A stretch of 64,000 nt of DNA from Mobula hypostoma (lineage: Eukaryota), in assembly GCF_963921235.1 (NCBI RefSeq), contig NC_086097.1, positions 209,252,001 to 209,316,000 of the forward strand, read 5' to 3'. The position numbers and the translations under genes are program-made. The notes under the pieces were generated by a model. It had not been told where the DNA came from. It saw only the letters and a program-made list of their open reading frames with translations, and ran no database searches. The first letter of the stretch is position 1; the number at the start of each line of letters is the position of its first letter. Of the stretch, positions 52,814-64,000 are shown piece by piece.

Positions 52814-53610
52814 GTAACAATTATGTAGTTTCTTGTTAAAACACAATTTAAGCTTTTGTATGTCTAACTTCCTAGTGCTGTAATCATAGATTTAAATCAG
52901 ATATGTATATGTATGGCATTTCTCAGGTATATTTGCTATTATAGAAAACTAAAATCATGTTAAGGAATGCTACTTTCCACTCTTCACTAATTTGAAACAA
53001 TGCAAAGTAACACAGTGTTTGAAAATTAGATCTAACAGTACTAATTTAGATGTGCTATTACTAATAATTCAGTAGCTTCTATTTGAATTAAAGCCGGAAT
53101 AAATTTGCATAAGTAAGAACATGGGCAAGGTTTCCTGGCAATAGCTTCATGAAAATGCCAGGATGGAGGGCATAATCAGAAGAAAATAATCATTGTTTGA
53201 TTACATCCCTGTGTAAAATTGGTAGCACAAGCTGGAATTTAACTTTTGGAGCAACATGTGCGCAAATCTTCAATGGTATGTGATGTGTGCTTATGTGCAC
53301 ATGTGTGTATTTAAGAACATAATCTCATGTTGTGCTTACTATCAAGTGATTATTGTGCCTGTGGGGGAGGGAGCATGACCGTACTTCCCCCCACCCCTTT
53401 GCCTGTGGTGATGACAAGCAAGAACAGGAACTTAAAGAAAACACAAACTGACATGTCAATGTTCACTTAGATTGAAGTGTGTTAAAGATTATTCTGGAGT
53501 TAAGAAATCGTAGATAGTGGATATTAATAAAAATGAGGACAAGAGATTGCAAAGCCAGTCTTCAGGAAATAAAACCTACTCGCACTTTAAATTCAACTGA
53601 TACTTTAGGG

Positions 53611-53818
53611 CAGACACAAGGGAAAATGCAGCTGCTGGAAATGACGCGCACAAATGCTGGCAGAGCTTAGGGCGTTAAGCAGCATCTATGGAAGGAGATG
53701 AATAGTCAGCACTTTGGGCTTAGTCAGGACAAAGGGTCTCGGCCTGAAAAAAAACTGTACCTCTTCCTAGAGATGCTGCCTGGCCTGCTGCGTTCACCAG
53801 CAACTTTGATGTGTGCTG
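53611..53818. mobile_element. Fold-back Penelope-derived short element (old left arm, younger-looking right arm)
   Basis: Opposed arms meeting near 53730. The right arm is almost the exact reverse complement of part of 41150-41237. Confidence 0.65.
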
Positions 53819-54759
53819 TTTGTTGAGATGTACTGCCATTGTAAATAAGTTGAAGTTAAAGGTCAAAGTTCAATGTTAAATGGTACTAGTGGAAGTGGTG
53901 GAAGTTGGTTCAATTTCAATACTTAAGGGAAGTTTGGATAGGTACATGGATGGAAGGGGTATGTAGTGTATGGTTGAGGTGCAGGTCAATAGCGTAGGCA
54001 GATTAATAGTTTGGCATAGACTCGATCGGCTGAAAGGCCTGTTTTTGTGTAAAGTGTAGATAAGTGTTTATTATGGTCTTTGTGTTCAAAAAAGTATAAG
54101 CCATTGTTTAAGAAGAGGAGAGTTAGACTCTTTCCAATCAGCAGCTGTATTTAAGAAATAATTTTATATCCTCTAGTTGCAGTTTAGTTTAGACAGTCAC
54201 AACACGGTGAAGGACAGCAATCAGGAAAGAAAAGCGGAAGGTTTTCTTAAAATAATAAACAGAGAAACTGGAATACCTTTACAATTTTGTTGTAGTTTCT
54301 ATCTTTCATGAGACACTGGAATATTCTATCCGTTCTTCAGTTTATGAAAGATTCCATGCTATTTCTGAGAGCTTCTGACATATGTTTTAATGAGTTAAAA
54401 CAATGCCCATTGTTAGATTGTAAACACTGTCATGCATTGAAGCCCTGAACGTGTGGAAGATAGGAATGGTCTTCACAGGCCACATGATCTTATCTCATTA
54501 CATCAGCCACTATATGATATATGTCTGGAAACCAGAATGCCAAATAAAATAAGGCGTGAAAGGCACCAGATTGGTGGATTTGATCTCTAAAATAATGTAA
54601 ATCATATTAAAATTGTCTTAATGTACTGCAAAATTTGAAGAACTGGTCAAGAAGAACTTGGCCAGCGTTGGGAGAAGGTGATGTTGGAAAACCTTATGAG
54701 ATGGGATTTGAGTTCAAGAGCTTGTGTCCGCTTGGAGCTGATATATACCAGACTGTGTT

Positions 54760-55333
54760 TATGTCGATCCTCTCCGCTCCATTCACAAAAAGCAGGATTT
54801 CCTGGTGGCCAACCATTTTAATTCCTATCCCCATTCCCATTCAGGTACATCAGTCCATGGCCTCCTTTTCTGCCACACTGAGTCCACTCTCACTTTGGAG
54901 GAGCAATACCTCATATTCCATCGAGGTTGCCTCCAACCTGATGCCACAAGTATCAATTTCTCCAGCTTCTGGTGTTTTTCCCCCTCTCCCGTTCTTCTAC
55001 TTCAATTCCCCACTCTGGCCTCTTACCTCTTCTCCTCACTTGCCTATTACTTCCCCATGGTGCCTCACTCCGTCTCTTTCTCCATGGCCATCTCTTCTCT
55101 CCTATTGAACTCCTTCTTCTCCAGCCCTTTACAATTTCCACCTATCTTACTTCATCTGCCTCCCCCACCCACATGGCCTGTCCTCCTTCCCCTCCACCCA
55201 CCTTCTTAGTCAGGCATCTGCCCCCTTCCTTTCCATTCCTCATGAAGGGTCTGTGCCTGAAATGTTGACTGTTTATTCATTTCCATAAATGCTGTCTGGC
55301 GTGCTGAGTTTCTCCAGCATTTTGTGTGTGTTA
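54760..55333 (+). mobile_element. Penelope-like element 3' end (GIY-YIG C-terminus plus terminal repeat)
   Basis: VANHFNS.PHSHS..SVHGLL.C..E....LEEQYLIF..G.LQP; then CTCATGA-agggtctgtgcct-GAAATGTT-gactg (mutated hammerhead) and the family tail. Confidence 0.82.
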
Positions 55334-55917
55334 CCTTGCAAATATAATGATGTTTATTTCTACCCCCACAATGCCAATTAGGTGCTCTGTTACTGACCCT
55401 GCAAATTCCAGGCTCACTCCCACCATAAGCACTGGTATGATGTTCCCTGCAACTTAAATCTGAATATGTAACGTCCTTGTTATCCACTGACAGATATCCT
55501 CAGATCCATCTACTTGTGAGTTGGCCCTAAGTGTCACTTTTGATTTTTGACAGGGATGTGTGTCTTTACTTGTGAGGTCTGTCCAGAGAATGAACTGGAG
55601 CCAACATCCAGAGCCAGGGTATAGATTATGAGCTGGATCCAGTGTGAGCCAAGTGTACATAGAAAAATTGAAATATACAAGCTGACACTTAGATCATAGA
55701 TGTCATTGCTAGTAGCCATTCCAGCATTAGTTGAGTGAAATATTGTCATCTGTGGGAAATGAATGCCCCTTTCCCTCATGAATAATGGGGACTTAATCTA
55801 TGTGCCAAAAAGTTGATTTATACTTTAACTTATCATTCATTTGTCAAATGGGCAACAACAAAGTACTATAATATTGTGATTTTTCCATGTAACCTCTGGT
55901 TTTATTTTCATTACTAG

Positions 55918-55976
55918 GTGGTTTCCATATACTATAATGGATGTTACCCATACAGACATGGAGATCCCACTGTCTG
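55918..55976 (+). CDS. RP1: Internal exon I (PLAT domain 2, C-terminus)
   Basis: ttttcattactag| ... G|gtgaga. 59 nt, phase 2-1, completes CNR-W: (R)WFPYTIMDVTHTDMEIPLS. Confidence 0.8.
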
Positions 55977-56539
55977 GTGAGAACAATTAAAATATTTAAA
56001 ACTTGTAAAATATGTTTATTTGTTGATCTTAAAGAAAGATCTAATTTGGCTGAATACTGAATTTTCAGGAAGTTTTTGAAGATAGCATCAGAAATAAAAC
56101 TGAGGCTTTATTATTTGTAATGTCAGTGATTAATCCTAAGAATGTCCAGTAATGCTTCTCATGATAAGAACTCATGGATCTTAATTGAACATAAAGATGG
56201 ATGTTTGTTTAACAGATTTAAACAAAGGGTAGGGATAAACAAATCAGGTTTAAAGTGGAAAGCTGTAACTGGTCAGATGCCTCAGAAATCAGAATCAAAG
56301 GAATTTTTCCGATTTTGGTTAACGACCTTCAGAGGACATCATGCCACCCGAAACAATTATTGATCAATTTGGTGTCCGGATATTCATAGCCAAGCTGTTC
56401 TGTTTCAAACCGTACTGGATCTCAGAAAGAATGAAATAAGAATGATTTAGGATGAAAGCTCTTTACTCATTTTGTTGCAAACAGATTATTTCCCTCCCAT
56501 GTGCTCATCATAGATGTAACTTTCTCCATGTAATTTCAG

Positions 56540-56584
56540 AAATCCGTGAACAGCAGAACTCTACCCCCAAAGAAATTACTCAAG
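56540..56584 (+). CDS. RP1: Candidate 45-nt linker exon, duplicate copy 1 (GC donor)
   Basis: tttctccatgtaatttcag| ... CAAG|gcaaga. Phase 1-1, in frame with exon I: (E)IREQQNSTPKEITQ. Confidence 0.5.
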
Positions 56585-56929
56585 GCAAGATATATGAATA
56601 GTTATTGACTAAAAACCATAGTAAAATCAGTTAATTGTAAAATGCTATTTTAGATCAACATAATTTAGCCTCAGTTATTTTTCGCATAAAATCATTTTCT
56701 ATAGGATCAAGCAGCCTCTAATTCTATATGTCAAAAATGCCCTTTGAAACATTTAGTATAAAGCAATCAACAACAGGCTGGATTTCACTTCATCTTTTTC
56801 CTGAGAAACAACTAGATGTACTGTGCTAATTCAAAGCTATTCATGTGCAACATCTCAACACAATCTACTGGGCTTTCCTAGCATTTTCTATTCTTACGTC
56901 AGAAATAAGTGCTAAGGACCTTGGCAATG

Positions 56930-57580
56930 TACAATCTGGCTTAATTAAATTGGATGAGAAAATAATTTGTGAGGACCAAAAGTCTATTTCAGGGAACTGT
57001 AGACATGTGAAGTGATTGGGCAAAAAGACGCCAGACGATTAGAAAATAAATCGTGAGGTTATCTACTTTGGTAGGTAGAATCAAAAAGCATAATATTATT
57101 TTAACATTGATGTTCAGACTATTCTACGAGTCCTGCACAAGAAGTGTAGCAATTTATTATGCGGTTATTCTAAAGTGTTAAAAAAAAATCATTGTTATTG
57201 AGAGGGCCAAGTAAAAACTAACACTATTGAGATTTGGTGGGATCACATCAACAGGCTGCAGTTCTGTTCTTATTTAACAGGTAATAGACATATCTTGGAA
57301 ACAATATAGTGAAGGTTCAATAGACTGGCTTCTGGGATCAGGGGCCTGATTCATGAACTATTGGCCAATATTTTCTGGATTTCAGAAGAATAAGGTGGTA
57401 TATTTTGTGAGAATATTTCACTTGGGAAGGAAGACTAGACAATGTGTCAGGAGAAGAGGCTACCTGGTTCAGACTGAAATTAAGAAAAGCTTCTCAAAAG
57501 TTGGGAATCTTTGTGATTTTTCTGACCTTGGAATTGTGGATATTCAGCAATTCTATGTTTAAAGATGAAATAAATAGAGA
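56930..57580 (+). mobile_element. Highly decayed CR1 (continues the fragment at ~56200-56295)
   Basis: QRVGIN....W..VT...PQ before the duplicated block; W........C.V..FGR and later CR1-like motifs after it. Confidence 0.5.
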
Positions 57581-58443
57581 AAGGAATTTCTCATTTTATT
57601 TTAATACTTCCTTATCCAGAATGAGGCCATTTGTGCCATTCAGAATTGGCTCTCACATGTTCCTAATAGGCCAAATCCTCCACTTATTTCAATATGAACT
57701 TTTCTCTCTCACAATCGGATACACTGCTGTCGATTCTCTTGCCACCCATCTACACCAAGGGTAATTTACAGGAGCTGATTACCCTCAGCAGAGTTGTGGG
57801 TGAAACTGAAGCATTTGGTGGGGGGGGGGGGGCGCGTGGAATGTATGCAGTCACAAGGAGATTCTGACCTGGCAAAAAAAAATGAAATTTGAGGACAGAA
57901 ATATCAGCCAGGATTTTACTGAATGTCAGAGAAGTGTCAATAAATTGCCTATTTCAATTTCTTACGTTTATGGGTTCTATTTTAAGGGCGCCAGAGTGGA
58001 GCAGCTAGTAGATCTGCTGCCTCATAGCCTAGTGCCCTCTGGTGTTGTCTGTGTCTGTCCAACAGAAGAACCTGCTTCCGTGCTGTATCTCTCCATGACC
58101 CCAAAAGAAGCCTCCTGTTCTATCATTAAGGCACACTGCCTGAAGCTAAAGTGATACTAAATGTATTATTTGGATGTAATAACAGTGCTAAGACAGAAAC
58201 TCTGTAGAGTTAAAAATATCTTGGATAACAGCCTTCAGGACATCGTGCCACCTGAAACAATTATTGATCAATCTGGTGTCCAGATATTCTTAGCCAAGCA
58301 GTTCTGTTCCAAGCCTTACTGTATCTCAGAAAGAATTATATCAAAATGACTTAGAATGTAAACTCTTTACCCATTTCATTGCAAACAGATTATTTTCATT
58401 CCATATGTTCAACATAAATGTAATGTTCTCTGTGTAATTTCAG

Positions 58444-58488
58444 AAATTCATGAGCACCAGAACTCTACGCCCAAAGAAATTACTCAAG
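58444..58488 (+). CDS. RP1: Candidate 45-nt linker exon, duplicate copy 2 (GC donor)
   Basis: ttctctgtgtaatttcag| ... CAAG|gcaaga. Phase 1-1: (E)IHEHQNSTPKEITQ. Confidence 0.55.
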
Positions 58489-59589
58489 GCAAGACATATG
58501 AATAGTTAACGAATAAACTCCATAGTAAAACCAGTTCATTGTAAAATCTATTTTAAATCAACAGTATTTAGCCTTCGGCTTTTTTCTTGACAGCATACAA
58601 CCTTCTTCTGTAAGATCAAGTAGCAGCTAATTCTATATGTAAAAAAAATGCCCTTTGAAACTTTTAGTATAAGGCAATCAACAACAGGTTGACATACCTC
58701 TGCATCTAACTTCATCTTTTCCGGAGAAACAGCCATATGTGCTGTTCTAATTTGATGCTAGTCATGTGCAACATCCCAACACTAATCATGTTTTTAGGGG
58801 GAAAATGCATCACTACATTGTCCCATTGGTAACCAAAATCTTTACAAGATCCTATAATTGTAGGAAATAAAGTGGAGCTACAGTGAAAGAAAATGTGAAG
58901 GAAGAGTTAAAGCCTGAACATGAGTAGAAGCAGCTTCCATTAAAGACTAAATGAGATGAGTTCACCAGAACTATTCTGGAGGCTTTCATTGGTTCATAGT
59001 GATGGCTCTCTTCAGAATTTTTAAAAGATCTGAAAAGTGACTGCTGTTGGCCTTTTTAATGGCATGTGCTGTTGATGTTTAGCTTTGGTTATACATCTGC
59101 AGAACACCATGGCTTTCTTCCATATGGGTGTTATCAGCCATTTTTAAGGGGGTACTCCTTGTCTCCAAACACCAGGATTATGTTCAGTCTGAGCCACAGG
59201 ACAAAGCGATCCTAGCAAGAGAATCCATGAATCTTATCCAGGTAGTCGTGAAGATTATTTTGTACTGGCATGATGAGTGGAAGTACTTGAATTGGAATGT
59301 TTAAGGTTATCAGGGGGTGGCCTTGATTAACATATGCTTGGAGTCAGTAGCATGCTTCATCTAAGATAACTCACTCAGACCTATGAGCCTGAGTATGCGC
59401 TCTGGCTGACCAAATTGCAGGCATGGTTGATGCAACCAGAAATCCTGGCAAACTTGTTGTTAATAGAACATAGTCCTATTGCAGTGGTTGAGTTAGTGGA
59501 CTAGAAATCTAGAAACCTGTATGAATATTCCATCGACCAGAACCCAAATCTCAAAGTTCAAAGTAAATATATTAACAAAATACGTAATA

Positions 59590-60045
59590 TATAGGAGCAG
59601 AATTAGGCCATTTGGCCCATTGAGTCTGCTCTGCCATTTCATTGTGGCTGATCCATTTTCCCTCTAGGCCCCAACCTCTTGTATTCTCCCTGTATCCCTT
59701 CATACCTTGACTAATCAAGAATCTGTCAACTATTGTCTTAAATATACCCAATTGCTTAGCCTCCCCAGCTGCCTGTTGCAATGAATTCCACAGATTCACC
59801 ACCCTCCGGTTAAAGAACTTCCTCCTAATCTCCATTCTAAAAGGACACCCTCTATTCTGAGGCTGTATCCTCCGCTCTTAGACTCTCCCACCACAAGAAA
59901 CATCTTCTCCACATCCACTTCCTCGAGGCCCTTCCACATTTTATTGGTTTCAATGAGGTCATTCCTCATTCTTCTGAATTCCAATGAGCACAGGCCCAGA
60001 GTCATCAAACGCTCTTTATACAACACGCCTTTCAATCCTGAAATT
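59590..60045 (-). mobile_element. CR1 3' fragment
   Basis: YKERLMTLGLCSLEFRRMRNDLIET, FFNRRVVNLWNSL. Confidence 0.85.
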
Positions 60046-60989
60046 TACCTCCTAAATGCTGATTTGTCACCACGTTCGATTTGGCCAATGACAGTGACAT
60101 CAAACTTAAATATGTAATTGGAGCTGTGCTTAGCCACGCAGTCAGAAGTATAAAGCTAGTAGCACAGGGGGCTAAATTCACAGCCTTGTGGAGCACCTAT
60201 GCTCACTGTAACAACCACAGACTTTTTAAAATTCAATTAATAATCCAATGGCCTCAAAAATAAATTGATTGTTGAAAAAAAGCCACTTACATCACTAATA
60301 TATTTTCAAGGAGGAACTCTGCCTTCCTTACCGGCTGGGTGGTGAAAGTGACTCCATACCATCTTGTGGTTGAAAATAAAAGTAAATTTCAGATTCTGAA
60401 AATCTGAAATGAGAACAAAAAGTGCTGGAAATAATTTAGTAGGCCTTGTGTTTCACTGTGAAATAGACTAGTGAGCTTCTCGTTTGGAGAGGGCTCAATG
60501 CCACCTTTACAAGGGTCAGGTTATATAAGCCAATAAAATTTGGCCTTGCCAGCAATACCCACTTCCTGAAATAAAGAGAATTTTTGAAAACTTATTACAT
60601 GTCAATTGCAAAAAAAACCAAACTGCTCAAGGAACTTAGCAGATCATGCACCACCTGTGAAGGCAGAGCAATGGTCAGCATTTTGGGTCAAGGCCCTGCA
60701 TTAGGACCAAGAGTGTAGAGGGGATATAGCCAGTATGAAGAGGTGAGAGGGAGGAGTGAGACATTTTCTCACAGATAATAATGTGAAATCATGTGAGAAG
60801 TGGGATGATGACCATATGGAGACTAGAAAGATTTTGATACAAAACATCGATAATGGTGGGACTCTGGCAGCCACATAAAAATTTGTCATAGTATACAAAT
60901 GCACAAACCTAAAACATCAGTGTCCAAACACATACTAGAAAGTCACCTTGCATTATTTTCCAGATACTGTTTCTTGCAGGCTGCTGATT

Positions 60990-63600
60990 CTCTGCTGACC
61001 CCTGCAAAGCCAGCAAGCAAGACTTTCGACGAAATCATTACGATTTTACAAAATCACTTGAGCCCCAAACCACTGGTAATAGCTGAGAGATTTAGATTTT
61101 AATAAAGGAACCAGTCAAAAGATAAAAGCCTTTCTGAAAACATTGCAGAACTGTGCAAATGTTCCCAGTACTGTGACTTTAGAGATGGACCTTCTGAAGT
61201 ATTAAAGGACAGGTGCTTCAAGATCATTGACAAGTGCAGAGCGCAGTTATGCACAGATCGACCGAGATATCTAGTATGGGGAATATAGAAGCTCCACCAC
61301 TACAGACAAAAATTTACTCTAGTGACAGACCATCAGCCCCTTGTGTCCATTTTGAAACCCAGGAAGGGAATTCCAGTCATGACTGCTACCCGGTTACAAT
61401 GTTGGACACTGTTCCTAGGAGCCCCCTCTTATGACATAGAGCTCAAGGGTACCAAACAACACTGCAACACTGATGGCTTGTCACGTCTTCCACTGCTGGC
61501 AACTGAAGAAGAATAGTCTTCAGACTGTGACCCAGCAGAAGTGTCCCACACTGCATTGGTGGACAGTTGCTGGTAACAAATCCCAAAATACAGACAGAAA
61601 CAGGGACTGACCCGACGTTGTCAAAAGTCTGCAATGGTGGCCAGCTCATGGTAACCCTATGTTTCCAGAGTACTCAGCACAACGAGACTAACTGCTGCTA
61701 TGTCACAAAACGCTGATTTGTGGATCTCATATTGTGGTTCCCTCTGAACTGCCCACCAGAGTGTTAGAGAATCTGCATGAAGGGCACCTGGGTACAGTCA
61801 GGATGAAGAGCCTCGCCCAGAGCTACGTGTGGTGGCCAGGAATAAATAGACAGATTGAAGACTTGGTAAAAACTGTTCAGAGTGCCACAAAGTTCAAAAT
61901 ACACCCCACAGACACTGTTACAATCGTGGGAGTGTCCATCGTCACCATAGCAAAGAGTACATATTGACTTGCTGGGCTATTCATGGACTCCATGCTTCTG
62001 ATTGCTGTGGATGCTCATTCGAAGTGGCTGGAGGTTATACCAATGAAATCAACCACCTCAGCAAAGACTGTCTCCATTCTGAGGATTATCTTCACCAGAA
62101 ATCACTTACCAAAACAAATCGTGGGTGACAACGGACCACAATGCACATCAGAAGAATTTCATGAAGAAAAAATGCATCAAACATTTCCATGCAGCTCCTC
62201 ACTACCCAGCAATTAATGAGTTAGTTGAAAGGTTTATTTAAACCTTCAGGAAGTCCATTAAAGTGATGGACAAGGAGGACATTCCTCTGCAGCACAAGGT
62301 GGATGACTTCCTTTGTGAATCGGCACTCTGTTTGTGTGATGACAAATCAAACACCTTCAATATTATTCATGAACAGGAATCTGAGAAATTGCATAGACCT
62401 CTTGAAACGAGACATCCTGAGGGAAGTGCTGAATAAACAGTTCAGCCAGCTCTCAAGTGAAGCAGCAAAGAGCTTTGAGATTGGATAGGAAGTTCCAGTG
62501 TGTGATTACTGAGAAGGCAAGTGGACACCCAGCAGGATAGCTACAAGAACTGGACCACTGATGTACACATCAGTGATGTTGGAGATCAGACATGAAGTCA
62601 TTATGTGGACCAAGTACTGGATACTCAACTGAAGAACACACCTAAGTCAACTGCATCCAACAAGATATACACATAACATTCATCGGCCCCACCTCTCAGT
62701 GTTGATGTCACTGACAGCAATGTGACCCTGGAAACGGAGAACGTTGTCCTAGACAAGAGACCTACCAAACCTGATGCCACTCCACAAGTGCAGAGGCGCT
62801 ATCCTAAAAGAAACAGAGCACCACCCAAAAGATTAAAACTTTAGAACTGTGAAGTTAGTTATAGACTGATATTGTAAAAGCATGTATATCTGGAACATGG
62901 GTTTATAAAAGGGAAACTGAATACTTTGTACACATGCAGTTTATGTTGAATTAATCTAAAGGGGGAAGAAATGTAATGTACAGATCTATGTATAGAGCAA
63001 TGACCCACACTCAGGTTGGAGGAACAACATCTGGGTAGCCTCCAACCTGATGGCATGAACATTGATTTCTCGAACTTCTGGTAATGCCCCCAATTCACCA
63101 TTCCCCATCTCCTTTTCCCTCTCTCACTTTATCTCCTTGCCTGCCCATTGCCTCCCTCTGGTGCTCCCCCCCCCCCTTTTCTTTATTCCATGATCTTCCG
63201 CCCTCTCTGAAAAGACACCCCCATCTCCAGCCCTGTATCTCTTTCACCAATCAACTTTCCAGCTCTTTGCCTCATCCCTGCTGCTCCCAGTTTCACCTAT
63301 CACCTTGTGTTTTTCTCTCCCCCCCCCCCCCACCAGCTTTTAAATTTACTCCTCCTCTTTCTTCCACCAGTTCTGCCGAAGAGTTTCGGACCGAAATATC
63401 AACTGTACTTTTTTCCATAGACGCTGCCTGGCCTGCTGAGTTCCTCCAGCATTTTGTGTGTGTTGTTTGGATTTTCAGCATCTGCAGATTTTCTCTTGTT
63501 CTCTCCTGTTTGTGATTGCATATTGATCTGTTGTCTGCACATGCGCTGTTGTCTCTACTGAGCAAAGTTCTCTCTTGCTCATTGCAATGACAATACACCA
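60990..63600 (+). mobile_element. Gypsy LTR retrotransposon remnant (family related to 29585-32889)
   Basis: Gag LTPAKPASKTFDEI..ILQNHLSPKPLVIAERFRF; TDHQPLVSI; LHEGHLG..RMKSLA.SYVWWPGI; IAVDAHSKWLEV. PPT aaagggggaagaaa, then 3' LTR from 62972 (tgtaatgta), interrupted by Penelope. Confidence 0.88.
63005..63500 (+). mobile_element. Penelope-like 3' end inserted in the Gypsy 3' LTR
   Basis: LRLEEQH-LGSLQPDGMNIDFSNFW*, pyrimidine tract, hammerhead-like 63368-63405, family tail ...cagcatctgcagattttctcttgtt. Confidence 0.85.
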
Positions 63601-64000
63601 GTTAGAGCCATCTCCCATGTATGTGCTTTTATTTCATATATATGTAGATGTGCACAAACAGAATAGATTCGAAGTTCAAAACATTTCCATGAACTGAAAG
63701 ATTTAGAAACCCAACTAAGGCTTCCCCCAGAAACCTAAACCTAGTTATATTTTAGAAAATCATCTCTCGACATAAGTTCTGTGAAAATATCACACATAGC
63801 ATCACAAGAAACCATTGAAAAGGTTGCTGTACTTACCAACCAGCTTAAAATGGCACTGATGAGACACAGTGATGACTTACTGGGAAGAAACAAAACTACT
63901 AACTGTTCAATTAATCACACTTTTGGTGGAATTCGATCACTACAATCAATAGCCTGTAACTTCCCTTTCGGGGTTGAGCTTTTGAACTTCTAGAATGACC

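Larger units (their letters stand above)
56315..58787 (+). repeat. Local direct duplication, ~550 bp (56315-56865 and 58221-58787)
   Basis: Colinear along the whole length with scattered substitutions and small indels; not recognisable as a TE. Confidence 0.92.

Noticed and set aside
63084..63515. Pro/Ser-rich ORFs here and at 54635-55268
   Set aside because: They are translations of the pyrimidine-rich Penelope terminal repeat.
63756..63822. Possible next host exon (tattttag|...AAG|gttgct)
   Set aside because: In the required phase 1 it hits TAA after five codons, and the donor is weak.

Overview
Vertebrate genomic DNA, AT-rich and packed with transposable elements. The repeat content (CR1, Rex1/Babar, Penelope, Tc1, Gypsy) suggests a cartilaginous fish, probably a ray or skate; this is inference. 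The window is almost all intron of one + strand gene. Nine short internal exons with canonical AG/GT boundaries and mutually consistent phases encode a beta-trefoil-like segment, a linker and two PLAT/LH2 domains. This best fits the long, PLAT-containing isoform of RP1; neither end of the gene is in the window. A further 45-nt linker exon with a GC donor appears twice because of a ~550-bp local duplication. The introns hold nested CR1, Rex1, L1 (5'-inverted), Penelope, Gypsy, Tc1, piggyBac and hAT elements. The most notable hidden structure is RNA: a ~560-bp non-coding, TSD-flanked retroelement whose 5' end folds as an HDV-like self-cleaving ribozyme, plus several minimal hammerhead ribozyme motifs in Penelope-derived elements, one in a fold-back copy just upstream of an exon. 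All identifications were made by eye, with no searches run.
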